The position numbers and the translations under genes were made by a program. From assembly GCA_903951325.1 (NCBI GenBank), contig CAJBBN010000088.1, forward strand, positions 1 to 57,607: a stretch of DNA of 57,607 bases, in the 5' to 3' direction. Shown piece by piece: positions 49,373-57,607 of the stretch. The stretch's first letter is position 1; each line of letters starts with the position of its first letter. Source of the DNA: an uncultured bacterium (GTDB taxonomy: Bacteria > Bacteroidota > Bacteroidia > Sphingobacteriales > Sphingobacteriaceae). Under the pieces are notes generated by a model. It was not told the origin of the DNA and searched no databases. It saw nothing but the letters and a program-made list of their open reading frames with translations.

Positions 49373-51312
49373 TGATTCGCAAAGAAACCATTGATAAAAT
49401 TTTTGAAATAGCTGCTATCGAAGAGGTGGTCGGCGATTTTGTGAATTTAAAAAAGCGTGGTGCGAATTTATTGGGAAATTGCCCATTCCATAACGAAAAA
49501 ACGCCTTCATTCACCGTATCGCCAACGAAGGGTATTTATAAGTGTTTTGGATGCGGCAAAGCGGGTAACTCGGTTAATTTTATCATGGAGCATGAAAAAC
49601 TAACCTATCCAGATGCATTAAGACAGTTAGCCAAAAAATACAATATCGCTATCGAGGAAGATGAAACCATTTCGGACCTTGACAGAGAAAAATACAATCA
49701 CCGCGAAAGTTTAATGTTGACTTCTGATTTTGCAAAGAAATTTTTTGCAGAAACACTTTGGAATACACCTTATGGCCAAACAGTTGGTTTAACTTATTTT
49801 AAAGAGCGCGCTTTTAGAGAAGATATTGTCAAGAAATTTGAATTAGGATTTAGCCCACAAGAGTGGTCTGGCTTAACGGATGCGGCAAAAAAAGAAGGCT
49901 TCGACGAACGCTATTTAATCGAAACCGGACTTAGTATTTTCAACGAAGAAAAAAAATCTGTTTACGATCGTTTTCGAAATAGAGTCATGTTTCCCATTCA
50001 TAATATTACCGGAAGGGTAATTGCTTTTGGTGGAAGAATTTTAGCAACAAATCCGAATAGTCCCAAATATGTTAATTCGCCAGAAAGTGAAATATACCAC
50101 AAGAGCCATGTGCTATATGGAATTTATTTTGCCAAAAAAGCGATTCGAGAATTTGATAATTGTTTTTTAGTAGAGGGTTATACCGATGTTGTTTCTTTGC
50201 ATCAATCGGGCATCGAAAACGTAGTCGCATCTTCTGGCACCTCGTTAACAACCGATCAAATTAGGTTAATTGCAAGGTTCACTAAAAATATTACCATCCT
50301 CTACGATGGAGACCCTGCAGGTATCAAAGCTTCTTTAAGAGGAATAGATATGATTTTAGAAGAGGGCTTGAATGTAAAAATTGTTTTATTCCCAGATGGG
50401 CACGATCCAGATTCTTACGTTCGCGAAGTTGGCGGGAATGCATTTCAAGAATATGTTTTGAAAACGCAATCAGACTTTATTGTTTTCAAAACCAATTTAT
50501 TATTAGCCGATATCAACAACGATCCAATTAAAAAAGCAGATTTAATTAGAGATATTGTTGAAAGCATTTCAAAAATTCCAGATGCCATAAAAGCTTCTTT
50601 ATTTATTAAAGAGTGTAGCAAGTTGATGGATATGGACGAGCGCTTATTGCTTTCTGAATTAAATAAATTTAGTTTAAAGAAAGTTAAAAAAGCAAACAAC
50701 CAAGAAGAGCTTAGTACAATTGGTATTGAAAGTGAAATTTATGCAGCACCTGCTGCAATAGAAAACAGGCTAAATGATTCGCAAGAAAAAGAAATCATTA
50801 GAATTTTAGTGAATTATGCCGAGCAAAAAATTACATTAGCAGACGAAACGGGAGCCCCAGTGTCTTTTAGCGTTGCAGAATACATATTGCAAGTGATTGA
50901 ACACGAGCAACTCAGCTTTGTAAATGAACCATATGTGCAAATGCTAGGGATTATCCAACAAGCCGTAGCTAACCGAATCGCACCTTCACAAACTTTCTTT
51001 AGTAATCATTCAAATCAAATTACCGCAACACTTGCTGCTGTATTATTATCATCGCCACATAATTTGAGTGAACGATGGAAAGAACACGATATTTTTATTC
51101 CACAAGAAGAAAAAATTTTAGAAAAAGTTGTAAAAAGCGCCCTAAATCATTTACGGTTAAATAAATCAAAAAAGTTGTTTTTTGAAATCGGCGAGCGCCT
51201 AAAAGAAAATTTATCGGAGGAAGAAACTACGATGTATCTGCAAACCCATATGGCCATGCGCGAACAAATCAAGTTCATTGAAAAAGAATTGGGTTTAGTA
51301 GTTTTGAAATAA
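49372..51312 (+). CDS. dnaG: DNA primase
   Basis: Zinc finger (CPFHNEKTPSF...CFGCG), RNA polymerase core and TOPRIM motifs (VEGYTDV, YDGDPAG). Confidence 0.93.
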   Translation: MIRKETIDKIFEIAAIEEVVGDFVNLKKRGANLLGNCPFHNEKTPSFTVSPTKGIYKCFGCGKAGNSVNFIMEHEKLTYPDALRQLAKKYNIAIEEDETISDLDREKYNHRESLMLTSDFAKKFFAETLWNTPYGQTVGLTYFKERAFREDIVKKFELGFSPQEWSGLTDAAKKEGFDERYLIETGLSIFNEEKKSVYDRFRNRVMFPIHNITGRVIAFGGRILATNPNSPKYVNSPESEIYHKSHVLYGIYFAKKAIREFDNCFLVEGYTDVVSLHQSGIENVVASSGTSLTTDQIRLIARFTKNITILYDGDPAGIKASLRGIDMILEEGLNVKIVLFPDGHDPDSYVREVGGNAFQEYVLKTQSDFIVFKTNLLLADINNDPIKKADLIRDIVESISKIPDAIKASLFIKECSKLMDMDERLLLSELNKFSLKKVKKANNQEELSTIGIESEIYAAPAAIENRLNDSQEKEIIRILVNYAEQKITLADETGAPVSFSVAEYILQVIEHEQLSFVNEPYVQMLGIIQQAVANRIAPSQTFFSNHSNQITATLAAVLLSSPHNLSERWKEHDIFIPQEEKILEKVVKSALNHLRLNKSKKLFFEIGERLKENLSEEETTMYLQTHMAMREQIKFIEKELGLVVLK

Positions 51313-51317
51313 AAAAT

Positions 51318-51953
51318 TTATTCTATTACCCAAGTCAGCATAAAATCTTCGTATTTTAAATACTGCACATTAAAATTTGCTTGATATGCTGGAATAGCAA
51401 TGCTAGCAGCTACTTCGACTGTTTTGCCATATTCAAAAGCAGCAATTTTAATACCATCAATAAAAGGCAAACTACCTTTACCGTATAATTTAAAAAGCGA
51501 TTCTTTGGCTCCCCAACAAACGTGTAATTGCTCGAGTTCGTTTGCTGCTGCTATAAAGTTTAATTCTTCGGAGCTTAAAAATTTATTTTTAATTTTAAGA
51601 ATACGCTCGGAAATTTTTTCAATATCAACACCTACTTTTTTCCCCTCATAAATTATGACAGCAGCTAAATGATTGGCGTGCGAAATAGCGATTTCAAAAG
51701 GAAAATTATTTAAAAAAGGTTTGCGATGTTCGTCTATAGTTAATTCGATATGTTCTTCGGTTTGCAATAAAGTGCGAAGCAATACCCGACTGCCAAGCCA
51801 TTGTTTTTGACGCGCTTTGCTTAGCGTTTGAAAGTGCTGCTCTTCTTTTTCGTCGAGTTGCAGCATGTTATATAGCTCCTCATCTGTTTCGGAAATCTCC
51901 CAAATGGCTATTTTACCCTTTTCAGCTAAGTTTTGTGACCAAACAATTGGCAT
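51318..51953 (-). CDS. 4'-phosphopantetheinyl transferase (Sfp-type)
   Basis: ISHANHLAAV, GVDIEKI and W.AKESLFKLYG motifs. Confidence 0.8.
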   Translation of the reverse strand: MPIVWSQNLAEKGKIAIWEISETDEELYNMLQLDEKEEQHFQTLSKARQKQWLGSRVLLRTLLQTEEHIELTIDEHRKPFLNNFPFEIAISHANHLAAVIIYEGKKVGVDIEKISERILKIKNKFLSSEELNFIAAANELEQLHVCWGAKESLFKLYGKGSLPFIDGIKIAAFEYGKTVEVAASIAIPAYQANFNVQYLKYEDFMLTWVIE

Positions 51954-52013
51954 AATTTCGAATCAGAATTTTAGAAAAAATTATTAATTTAGACAAAAGT
52001 AAATAATCGCGCG

Positions 52014-52550
52014 ATGATTTTATCGGATAAAAGAATTTTAGAAGAAATAGAAAAGGGCACAATCGTAATTGAGCCATATGATCAAAAATGTTTAGGCACT
52101 AATTCGTACGATGTACATTTGGGGAAATACCTAGCAGTTTATAAAGACAGGGTATTAGATGCTAAAAAGCACAATACCATTGAGCATTTTGAAATTCCAC
52201 CAGAGGGTTTTGTTTTACAACCCAATACACTTTATTTGGGCGTAACCTTAGAATATACCGAAACACATGCGCATGTTCCATTTTTGGAAGGCAAATCGAG
52301 TACGGGCAGATTAGGCATCGACATTCACGCTACCGCTGGTAAAGGAGATGTAGGCTTTTGTAATACTTGGACATTAGAAATTTCTAGTACGCAACCTGTA
52401 CGCATATATCACGGTATGCCCATAGGACAATTAATTTATTTTGTTGTAGAAGGCGAAGTGGAAGTGATGTACAATTCCAAAGGCAATGCAAAATACAATG
52501 GCAAAACAGTAAAGCCAGTAGAGAGTATGATGTTTAAAAACGAGTTTTAA
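52014..52550 (+). CDS. dcd: dCTP deaminase
   Basis: MILSDKRILEEI N-terminus, GKSSTGRLGI and EI motifs. The 178-aa length is typical. Confidence 0.88.
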   Translation: MILSDKRILEEIEKGTIVIEPYDQKCLGTNSYDVHLGKYLAVYKDRVLDAKKHNTIEHFEIPPEGFVLQPNTLYLGVTLEYTETHAHVPFLEGKSSTGRLGIDIHATAGKGDVGFCNTWTLEISSTQPVRIYHGMPIGQLIYFVVEGEVEVMYNSKGNAKYNGKTVKPVESMMFKNEF

Positions 52551-52559
52551 AAATTTGCG

Positions 52560-53978
52560 ATGAGAAAAATTCTGCTAGTGAGTGCCCTTTTTTTTAATAG
52601 TATGATTGGTGTTGCACAAATTGGTGCTTACCAAGGCAAACCACATTATTTAATTGATACTTATAGAGCAGGAACAAAAATAGGAACTATAGAAGTAGAA
52701 ATGTATCCAAGCATTGCGCCAAAGCATGTTCGAAATTTCGACAGTTTAGTTGCAGCACATTTTTTTGATACAACGGCCTTTCATCGGGTCGTTCCTGGTT
52801 TTGTAATTCAAGGTGGCGATCCAAATTCTAGGCATGGTCCAAAAAGTACCTGGGGTATGGGAAATGCGAATCAAACCGATATTCCTGCAGAGTTCAATCC
52901 TATCTCACATCAGCGAGGCGTGTTGTCTGCAGCAAGAAGTACGGATCCTAATTCTGCAAACTCGCAATTTTTTATCTGCGTTGCTGCGGCAACAAATTTA
53001 GATAATAATTATACTGCTTATGGAAAAGTGGTTTCGGGTTTAAGCTTTGTAGATAATATAGTTTCTTCTGCAAGAGGTGCAAACGATAATCCATTACAAA
53101 AAATTGAGATGTTTGTTACGCGAGGAATGGTAGACAGCACAACAATAGATTCTGTTCCAGAAATAATTCAGCCATTAAATAATTTAGCAGGTATCAGCGG
53201 TAATTTTCTTTTTAAATGGAAAGCAGTTCCCGGCGCATTAATTTATAATATAGAATTTGCAAGCGATAGCTTATTTCAAAATATTGTTTTAAGAAAATCA
53301 ACCGCTGCCTTAAGCATTGCTATTAGCGAGTTAACGGTTGGAAAAGTAAAATATTTTTGGAGAATGTATGCTAATAATGGCGGATTTAAAAGTATGGCAA
53401 GCGCCACAAGGGTTATTTACACTGGACTTAACGCACCCCAATTATTATTACCAGCAAATGCTTCCATTGGTAAGTCTACGCAAACACATTTTGAGTGGAG
53501 CAAAGTGGAACAAGCAAATGCTTATCGTATACAAGTAAGTACCACACCAGCATTTACCACATCGGCAATTAAATTAGATTCGGCAGGTATTACCGATACT
53601 TTTTTTAATTATAACTTTGCATTAACAAACAGAAAATATTATTGGAGAATTGCAACGGAAGTAAATGGCATATCGGGGCTGAATGCTACTTCACTTTATT
53701 TTACTACCGGTAGCACAACAGGTATTGAAAATACCAAGGTGCATACTATTAAACAATACCCAAATCCGGTTGCCCAAATTTTAAATTTTGAAAGCAGCAC
53801 TTTAACTGGCCAAGTAACTTTACGAATCTTCGACCAAGTAGGCAAACTTATTGCAACACAAAAAGCAATTCCTATAGGCAGCATTATTTCTTTTCCAATA
53901 CACTTAGCCGCCGGACATTATTTTTATCAAATCAGCGACGCAACTGGCCTTGCTCAGGGTGCATTCGACGCTTTATAG
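52560..53978 (+). CDS. Cyclophilin-type peptidyl-prolyl isomerase fused to two Fn3/Ig-like repeats and a T9SS C-terminal domain
   Basis: Signal peptide ends ...GVAQ. Cyclophilin motifs FHRVVPGFVIQGGDP and NSANSQFFI. Two ~90-aa repeats (F.WK.V.GA..Y.I.F... / FEWSKVEQANAYRIQV...). The C-terminal 76 aa (53748..53975) read YPNPVAQIL...GHYFYQI. Confidence 0.85.
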   Translation: MRKILLVSALFFNSMIGVAQIGAYQGKPHYLIDTYRAGTKIGTIEVEMYPSIAPKHVRNFDSLVAAHFFDTTAFHRVVPGFVIQGGDPNSRHGPKSTWGMGNANQTDIPAEFNPISHQRGVLSAARSTDPNSANSQFFICVAAATNLDNNYTAYGKVVSGLSFVDNIVSSARGANDNPLQKIEMFVTRGMVDSTTIDSVPEIIQPLNNLAGISGNFLFKWKAVPGALIYNIEFASDSLFQNIVLRKSTAALSIAISELTVGKVKYFWRMYANNGGFKSMASATRVIYTGLNAPQLLLPANASIGKSTQTHFEWSKVEQANAYRIQVSTTPAFTTSAIKLDSAGITDTFFNYNFALTNRKYYWRIATEVNGISGLNATSLYFTTGSTTGIENTKVHTIKQYPNPVAQILNFESSTLTGQVTLRIFDQVGKLIATQKAIPIGSIISFPIHLAAGHYFYQISDATGLAQGAFDAL

Positions 53979-54035
53979 TATCAAATAAAGTATTGCTACT
54001 GTATTTTTTATCATATTTGCGGCTAACCTAAAACC

Positions 54036-55295
54036 ATGAGTCAACACCTACCTGCAGTAGAAAAATTTAATAAATATCAAGTAATCACTATTGTTATACT
54101 TGCACTTACGCAGTTTACGGTTGTGCTTGATTTTATGGTCATGTCTCCATTAGGAGATATGCTTATGAAATCGATGGGTTTAACTACTTCCCAATTTGGT
54201 TTTGCTGTTTCGAGTTATGCTTTTAGTGCGGCTATTGCAGGTTTTTTAACAGCAGGCTTTGCAGATAAATTCGATAGAAAAAAATTATTATTATTTTTCT
54301 ATATCGGTTTTATCATAGGCACTTTAATGTGTAGCCTTGCGACCAACTACAGCATGTTAATTACGGCAAGAATAGTGACCGGTTTATTTGGTGGTGTAAT
54401 CGGTTCTATTTCGCTAGCTATTGTGGCCGATTTATTTCCGATTCAAAAAAGAGGAAGGGTAATGGGCTATTTGCAAATGGGTTTTGGAGCCAGTCAAGTG
54501 TTAGGCATTCCAATTAGTTTATACATTGCTAACTATTGGAACTGGGAAGCACCGTTTATGATGATTGTAATTTTTGCAATTATTATTTGGTTGCTCATTG
54601 CTTGGAAGCTGCAGCCAATTAATAAACATCTTTTAATTAAATCAGATAAAAACGCATTTCTTCATTTATGGCATACCGTTGCTAGAAGAGAATACCGCGT
54701 TGGGTTTTTAACCACTGCATTATTATCGCTTGGTGGTTTTATGATGATGCCATGGGGAAGCGCATTTGCAATAAATAATTTAAAAGTGACGCCTAGCCAA
54801 TTGCCTATTATGTTTATGGTAGGTGGCATAAGTTCTTTGATTATTATGCCTTTAATTGGAAGGCTAAGCGACCGCTTCGAAAAATTAAAAGTATTTACTT
54901 ATGCGAGTATTTGGATGGCTACGGTAGTAGTGATATATACGAATATGTCTGCTGTTCCATTTTATTTTATTCTGATTATGAATGTGGCCATGATGATTGG
55001 CATTATGAGCAGAATGGTTCCGGCTATGGCTTTAAACTCTGCATTATCAGAGATGCAAGATAGGGGCGCATTCATGAGTATCAATTCTTCTCTACAACAA
55101 TTTGCCGGAGGCATTGCAGCTGCTATTGGCGGCATGGTTGTAGTGCAACAAACCAAAACTAGCCCTATTGAAAATTATAATATTTTGGGTTATTTAATTT
55201 TAGTGTTGTTAGCAATTAATATTTTAATGGTGTACAGGCTTAGTAAAATTGTAAACAGGAAAAACGCTGAAAGAGCTGCTAGCGCTAAAGCTTAG
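54036..55295 (+). CDS. MFS transporter
   Basis: 12 predicted TM helices and an MFS motif A-like sequence (GFLTAGFADKFDRKKLL; GRLSDRFEK in the second half). Confidence 0.85.
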   Translation: MSQHLPAVEKFNKYQVITIVILALTQFTVVLDFMVMSPLGDMLMKSMGLTTSQFGFAVSSYAFSAAIAGFLTAGFADKFDRKKLLLFFYIGFIIGTLMCSLATNYSMLITARIVTGLFGGVIGSISLAIVADLFPIQKRGRVMGYLQMGFGASQVLGIPISLYIANYWNWEAPFMMIVIFAIIIWLLIAWKLQPINKHLLIKSDKNAFLHLWHTVARREYRVGFLTTALLSLGGFMMMPWGSAFAINNLKVTPSQLPIMFMVGGISSLIIMPLIGRLSDRFEKLKVFTYASIWMATVVVIYTNMSAVPFYFILIMNVAMMIGIMSRMVPAMALNSALSEMQDRGAFMSINSSLQQFAGGIAAAIGGMVVVQQTKTSPIENYNILGYLILVLLAINILMVYRLSKIVNRKNAERAASAKA

Positions 55296-56772
55296 CAATT
55301 CTTCGTAAGCCAGCTTTTGCTTTTGTTTCTATGCTATTTTTATACTCTTCGTTTTTCATCTGATCGCAACGTTCGTAATAATAGCGGGCTTTAACATAAT
55401 TTTTTTTAAGCTCATAAATATAGCCTAATTGTAAAGAGGCGTTTGCTGCAAAATAATATGGAAGTCCAATGCCGGTTGTAATAGTAGCGTTATAATACAC
55501 TATTGCTTGGTCTATTTTATTTTGTTGATGGCATATTCTGCCCATGCGATAAAAGTATTCTAGCTTCTCTTTTGTTAAAGAAAAGCTGCCTACTTTTTTA
55601 TCTTTTAATGCCAATGTAGCTTTGTCATAAAAACCGCCATCAAAATACAATCGTGCTTTTAACAAAGCAATATCGGGTGGATAAATTTGCAAGCATAAAT
55701 TTTGTGCATCTTTATCTTTTTCAGAAATTGCCTTACCTCTAATTTTGCAAAGCGCAATATAGGCGTTGTATTTATCGATGTTTCCGCGCAATAAATGAAA
55801 CCATGCAATTTTTAAATAAGCATCTTTAATATTAAAATTACCAGTATAATTTTTTAAATAACTTTCAAAATAAATAACTGCATCGTTATCAAACCGATTG
55901 AGTTTGCAAAGCCCCAACAAATAATCGAGGTGATAGAAAGCCCCGTAATTAGGCGTCTTGGGTCGTTCCATTAAAATCTCAATGGCATCATCTGTATGTC
56001 CAGTTTTACTTGCAGCAAGCGCTTTAACATACACGCCTAATAAATTTGTTTTTGGCACCGCATCACAAACCAATTTTACTTTATCATAAATTGCAGGATC
56101 GCCTTCTTTACTTAAATAAATAAAGCTGAGAAAAAATGCCGATTCATCATAAAAGTAAGCGTAGTTTGATTTAGGTAATTTTTGTGTTAAGTCTTCGAGC
56201 ATTGCCGCTCCTTGTTCTGTATTTCCTTTAAGACCAATCGAAGATAGCGCCCATTTATATTGTTCAGGAACCAATCCAATTAGCCCATAGAGTAGGGCTA
56301 AGCTTTTTTTATTTGGAAGAAATTCTGGAAATTTTTTCTGGTTCTCTTCTAATAATTTATAAGCCTTTTGTAATTCGTAAGCACCGCTTACAAATTCTAA
56401 GTATTTAAATCTATTGATACAACTTTGTAAGTTAATTTCAGCAGCTGCATATAAATACCAAGGAGAGCGTTTGTCGTCGTCTTCGATAATAGCAATGCGC
56501 GCCGATTTATTTGATTTAAAATTTTCAAAACTTGCATTATTCTCCGTAGTTAACACCTTTAAAAAATCGATATAATTTTCTAGTAAAACGGGAATCTTGT
56601 TATTAGGATTTGTTTTTCGCTCTTGCGCAATTTGCAAGGCGCCTTCATTAAACTTTAAGGATAAAATATTTTTATAGGCCTTGATACAGTTTTCGTTGAA
56701 TACAAAATTCGCATTTGCAGTTAGACTGAAAAATGACAAGCAAAACACTAAGAGCAGGCGAAATTTTGACAT
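55285..56772 (-). CDS. Secreted all-helical TPR-like repeat protein
   Basis: Signal peptide ends ...LTANA. Repeated A..YY / LG..Y....Y..A helical hairpin patterns (for example LQLGYIYELKKNYVKARYYYERC). Confidence 0.55.
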   Translation of the reverse strand: MSKFRLLLVFCLSFFSLTANANFVFNENCIKAYKNILSLKFNEGALQIAQERKTNPNNKIPVLLENYIDFLKVLTTENNASFENFKSNKSARIAIIEDDDKRSPWYLYAAAEINLQSCINRFKYLEFVSGAYELQKAYKLLEENQKKFPEFLPNKKSLALLYGLIGLVPEQYKWALSSIGLKGNTEQGAAMLEDLTQKLPKSNYAYFYDESAFFLSFIYLSKEGDPAIYDKVKLVCDAVPKTNLLGVYVKALAASKTGHTDDAIEILMERPKTPNYGAFYHLDYLLGLCKLNRFDNDAVIYFESYLKNYTGNFNIKDAYLKIAWFHLLRGNIDKYNAYIALCKIRGKAISEKDKDAQNLCLQIYPPDIALLKARLYFDGGFYDKATLALKDKKVGSFSLTKEKLEYFYRMGRICHQQNKIDQAIVYYNATITTGIGLPYYFAANASLQLGYIYELKKNYVKARYYYERCDQMKNEEYKNSIETKAKAGLRRIAKL

Positions 56773-56778
56773 AAAAAA

Positions 56779-56806
56779 AACGACTCCATGAAGATAGGAA
56801 TCGTTT
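56779..56806 (-). terminator. Rho-independent terminator of the zinc-ribbon gene
   Basis: On the minus strand: AACGATTCC, loop, GGAGTCGTT (one G-U/mismatch), followed by T8. Confidence 0.55.
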
Positions 56807-56833
56807 TTCTATTTTGATGAATATTCTATAAAA

Positions 56834-57571
56834 TTAAGCTTCTTCTTTAACGAATCTATCGTCTACAAGTATTCTACCGCAATGCTCACAAACAATAATT
56901 TTCTTTCCTTGTCTGATATCTGATTGTCTTTGAGGTGGAATTTTGTTAAAGCAACCCGAACATGAATCTCTAGCAACAGTTACAACCGCTAAGCCATTTT
57001 TCGCATTTGATCTTAATCTTTCATAAGCAATTAACAAACGCTCTTCGATTAATTTTTCAGCTTTAGCTGCTTTTTTCATGGCAGCATCTTCTTCTTTTTC
57101 CGTTTCTTTAGTAATCACATCTAGTTCAGATTTTTTAAGGTCTAAATCTTTATGTCTTTCTACTAATGATGCTTCTGCAACTTCTAGCACTCTTGTTTTG
57201 CTACCAATTTCAAAAGTATACTCTTTAATTTTTTTCTCAGAAACTTGAATGTCTAAGCCTTGAATTTCAATTTCTTTTGAAAGTGCTTCGTATTCGCGGT
57301 TGTTTTTAACATTGTTTTGCTGCTCTTCGTATTTCTTAATGGAAGCCGCCGCTTGTTTCATGGTATTTTTACGATTAACGATTTCGTCTTCTAATTCGTT
57401 AATCTCTTCTTTAATTTTATTGATACGAGTTTCTAATCCCGCAACGTCATCTTCCAAATCGGCTACTTCCATTGGAAGTTCACCTCTTACAATGCGAATC
57501 TTGTCAATTTCTGAATGAATTGTTTGCAATTCGTATAAAGCTTTTAATTTTTGTTCTATTGTTGCTTCCAT
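56834..57571 (-). CDS. Coiled-coil protein with a C4 zinc ribbon (COG1579-type)
   Basis: ~190 aa of coiled coil followed by CSGCFNKIPPQ...CEHCGRIL, the layout of the COG1579 zinc-ribbon family. Confidence 0.8.
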   Translation of the reverse strand: MEATIEQKLKALYELQTIHSEIDKIRIVRGELPMEVADLEDDVAGLETRINKIKEEINELEDEIVNRKNTMKQAAASIKKYEEQQNNVKNNREYEALSKEIEIQGLDIQVSEKKIKEYTFEIGSKTRVLEVAEASLVERHKDLDLKKSELDVITKETEKEEDAAMKKAAKAEKLIEERLLIAYERLRSNAKNGLAVVTVARDSCSGCFNKIPPQRQSDIRQGKKIIVCEHCGRILVDDRFVKEEA

Positions 57572-57607
57572 CTTTCTTTAATAATCTGCCTTTTAATAGT
57601 AGAATAC

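Overview
This is a visibly AT-rich chromosomal window with the hallmarks of a Bacteroidota genome. It has five C-terminal type IX secretion (T9SS) sorting domains and signal peptides that end in A/G-Q. It also has TAnnTTTG -7 boxes and the miaB / sigma-54 activator / lptE / secG / groES-groEL gene order. I support about 47 protein genes, one tRNA-Arg(CCG) that the ORF track hides, and a set of hairpin terminators.

The left ~12.5 kb looks accessory. It holds a secreted nuclease, a seven-repeat propeller protein, a beta-helix protein, a DUF1566 protein, a triple-GEVED giant protein and a GH13 amylase, most of them secreted or T9SS cargo. The rest is mainly housekeeping:
- Translation and replication: metG, an RNA methyltransferase, miaB, prfB, dnaG and dcd.
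- Envelope and chaperones: secG and groESL.
- Metabolism: lipB and pntAA/AB/B.
- Peptidoglycan-recycling enzymes: ldcA, a dipeptide epimerase and anmK.

I found no CRISPR array, transposase, integrase or recognisable defence system.

Corrections to the ORF track:
- prfB needs the classical +1 frameshift (join 44378..44437, 44439..45455).
- The amylase starts at 10293, not 10209.
- The two ORFs 16703..18226 and 18239..19267 are one metalloprotease gene interrupted by an in-frame TGA.
- The glutathione peroxidase probably starts at 32737.

The best candidates for something undescribed are:
- A translationally coupled anmK / ~12-TM sensor kinase / 1086-aa outer-membrane protein operon with no response regulator.
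- An unassigned ~70-aa N-terminal CSNCG module shared by two otherwise unrelated secreted proteins.
- A receiver-less sigma-54 activator embedded in an envelope-biogenesis operon.

All family assignments rest on motifs read by eye. No database search was run.
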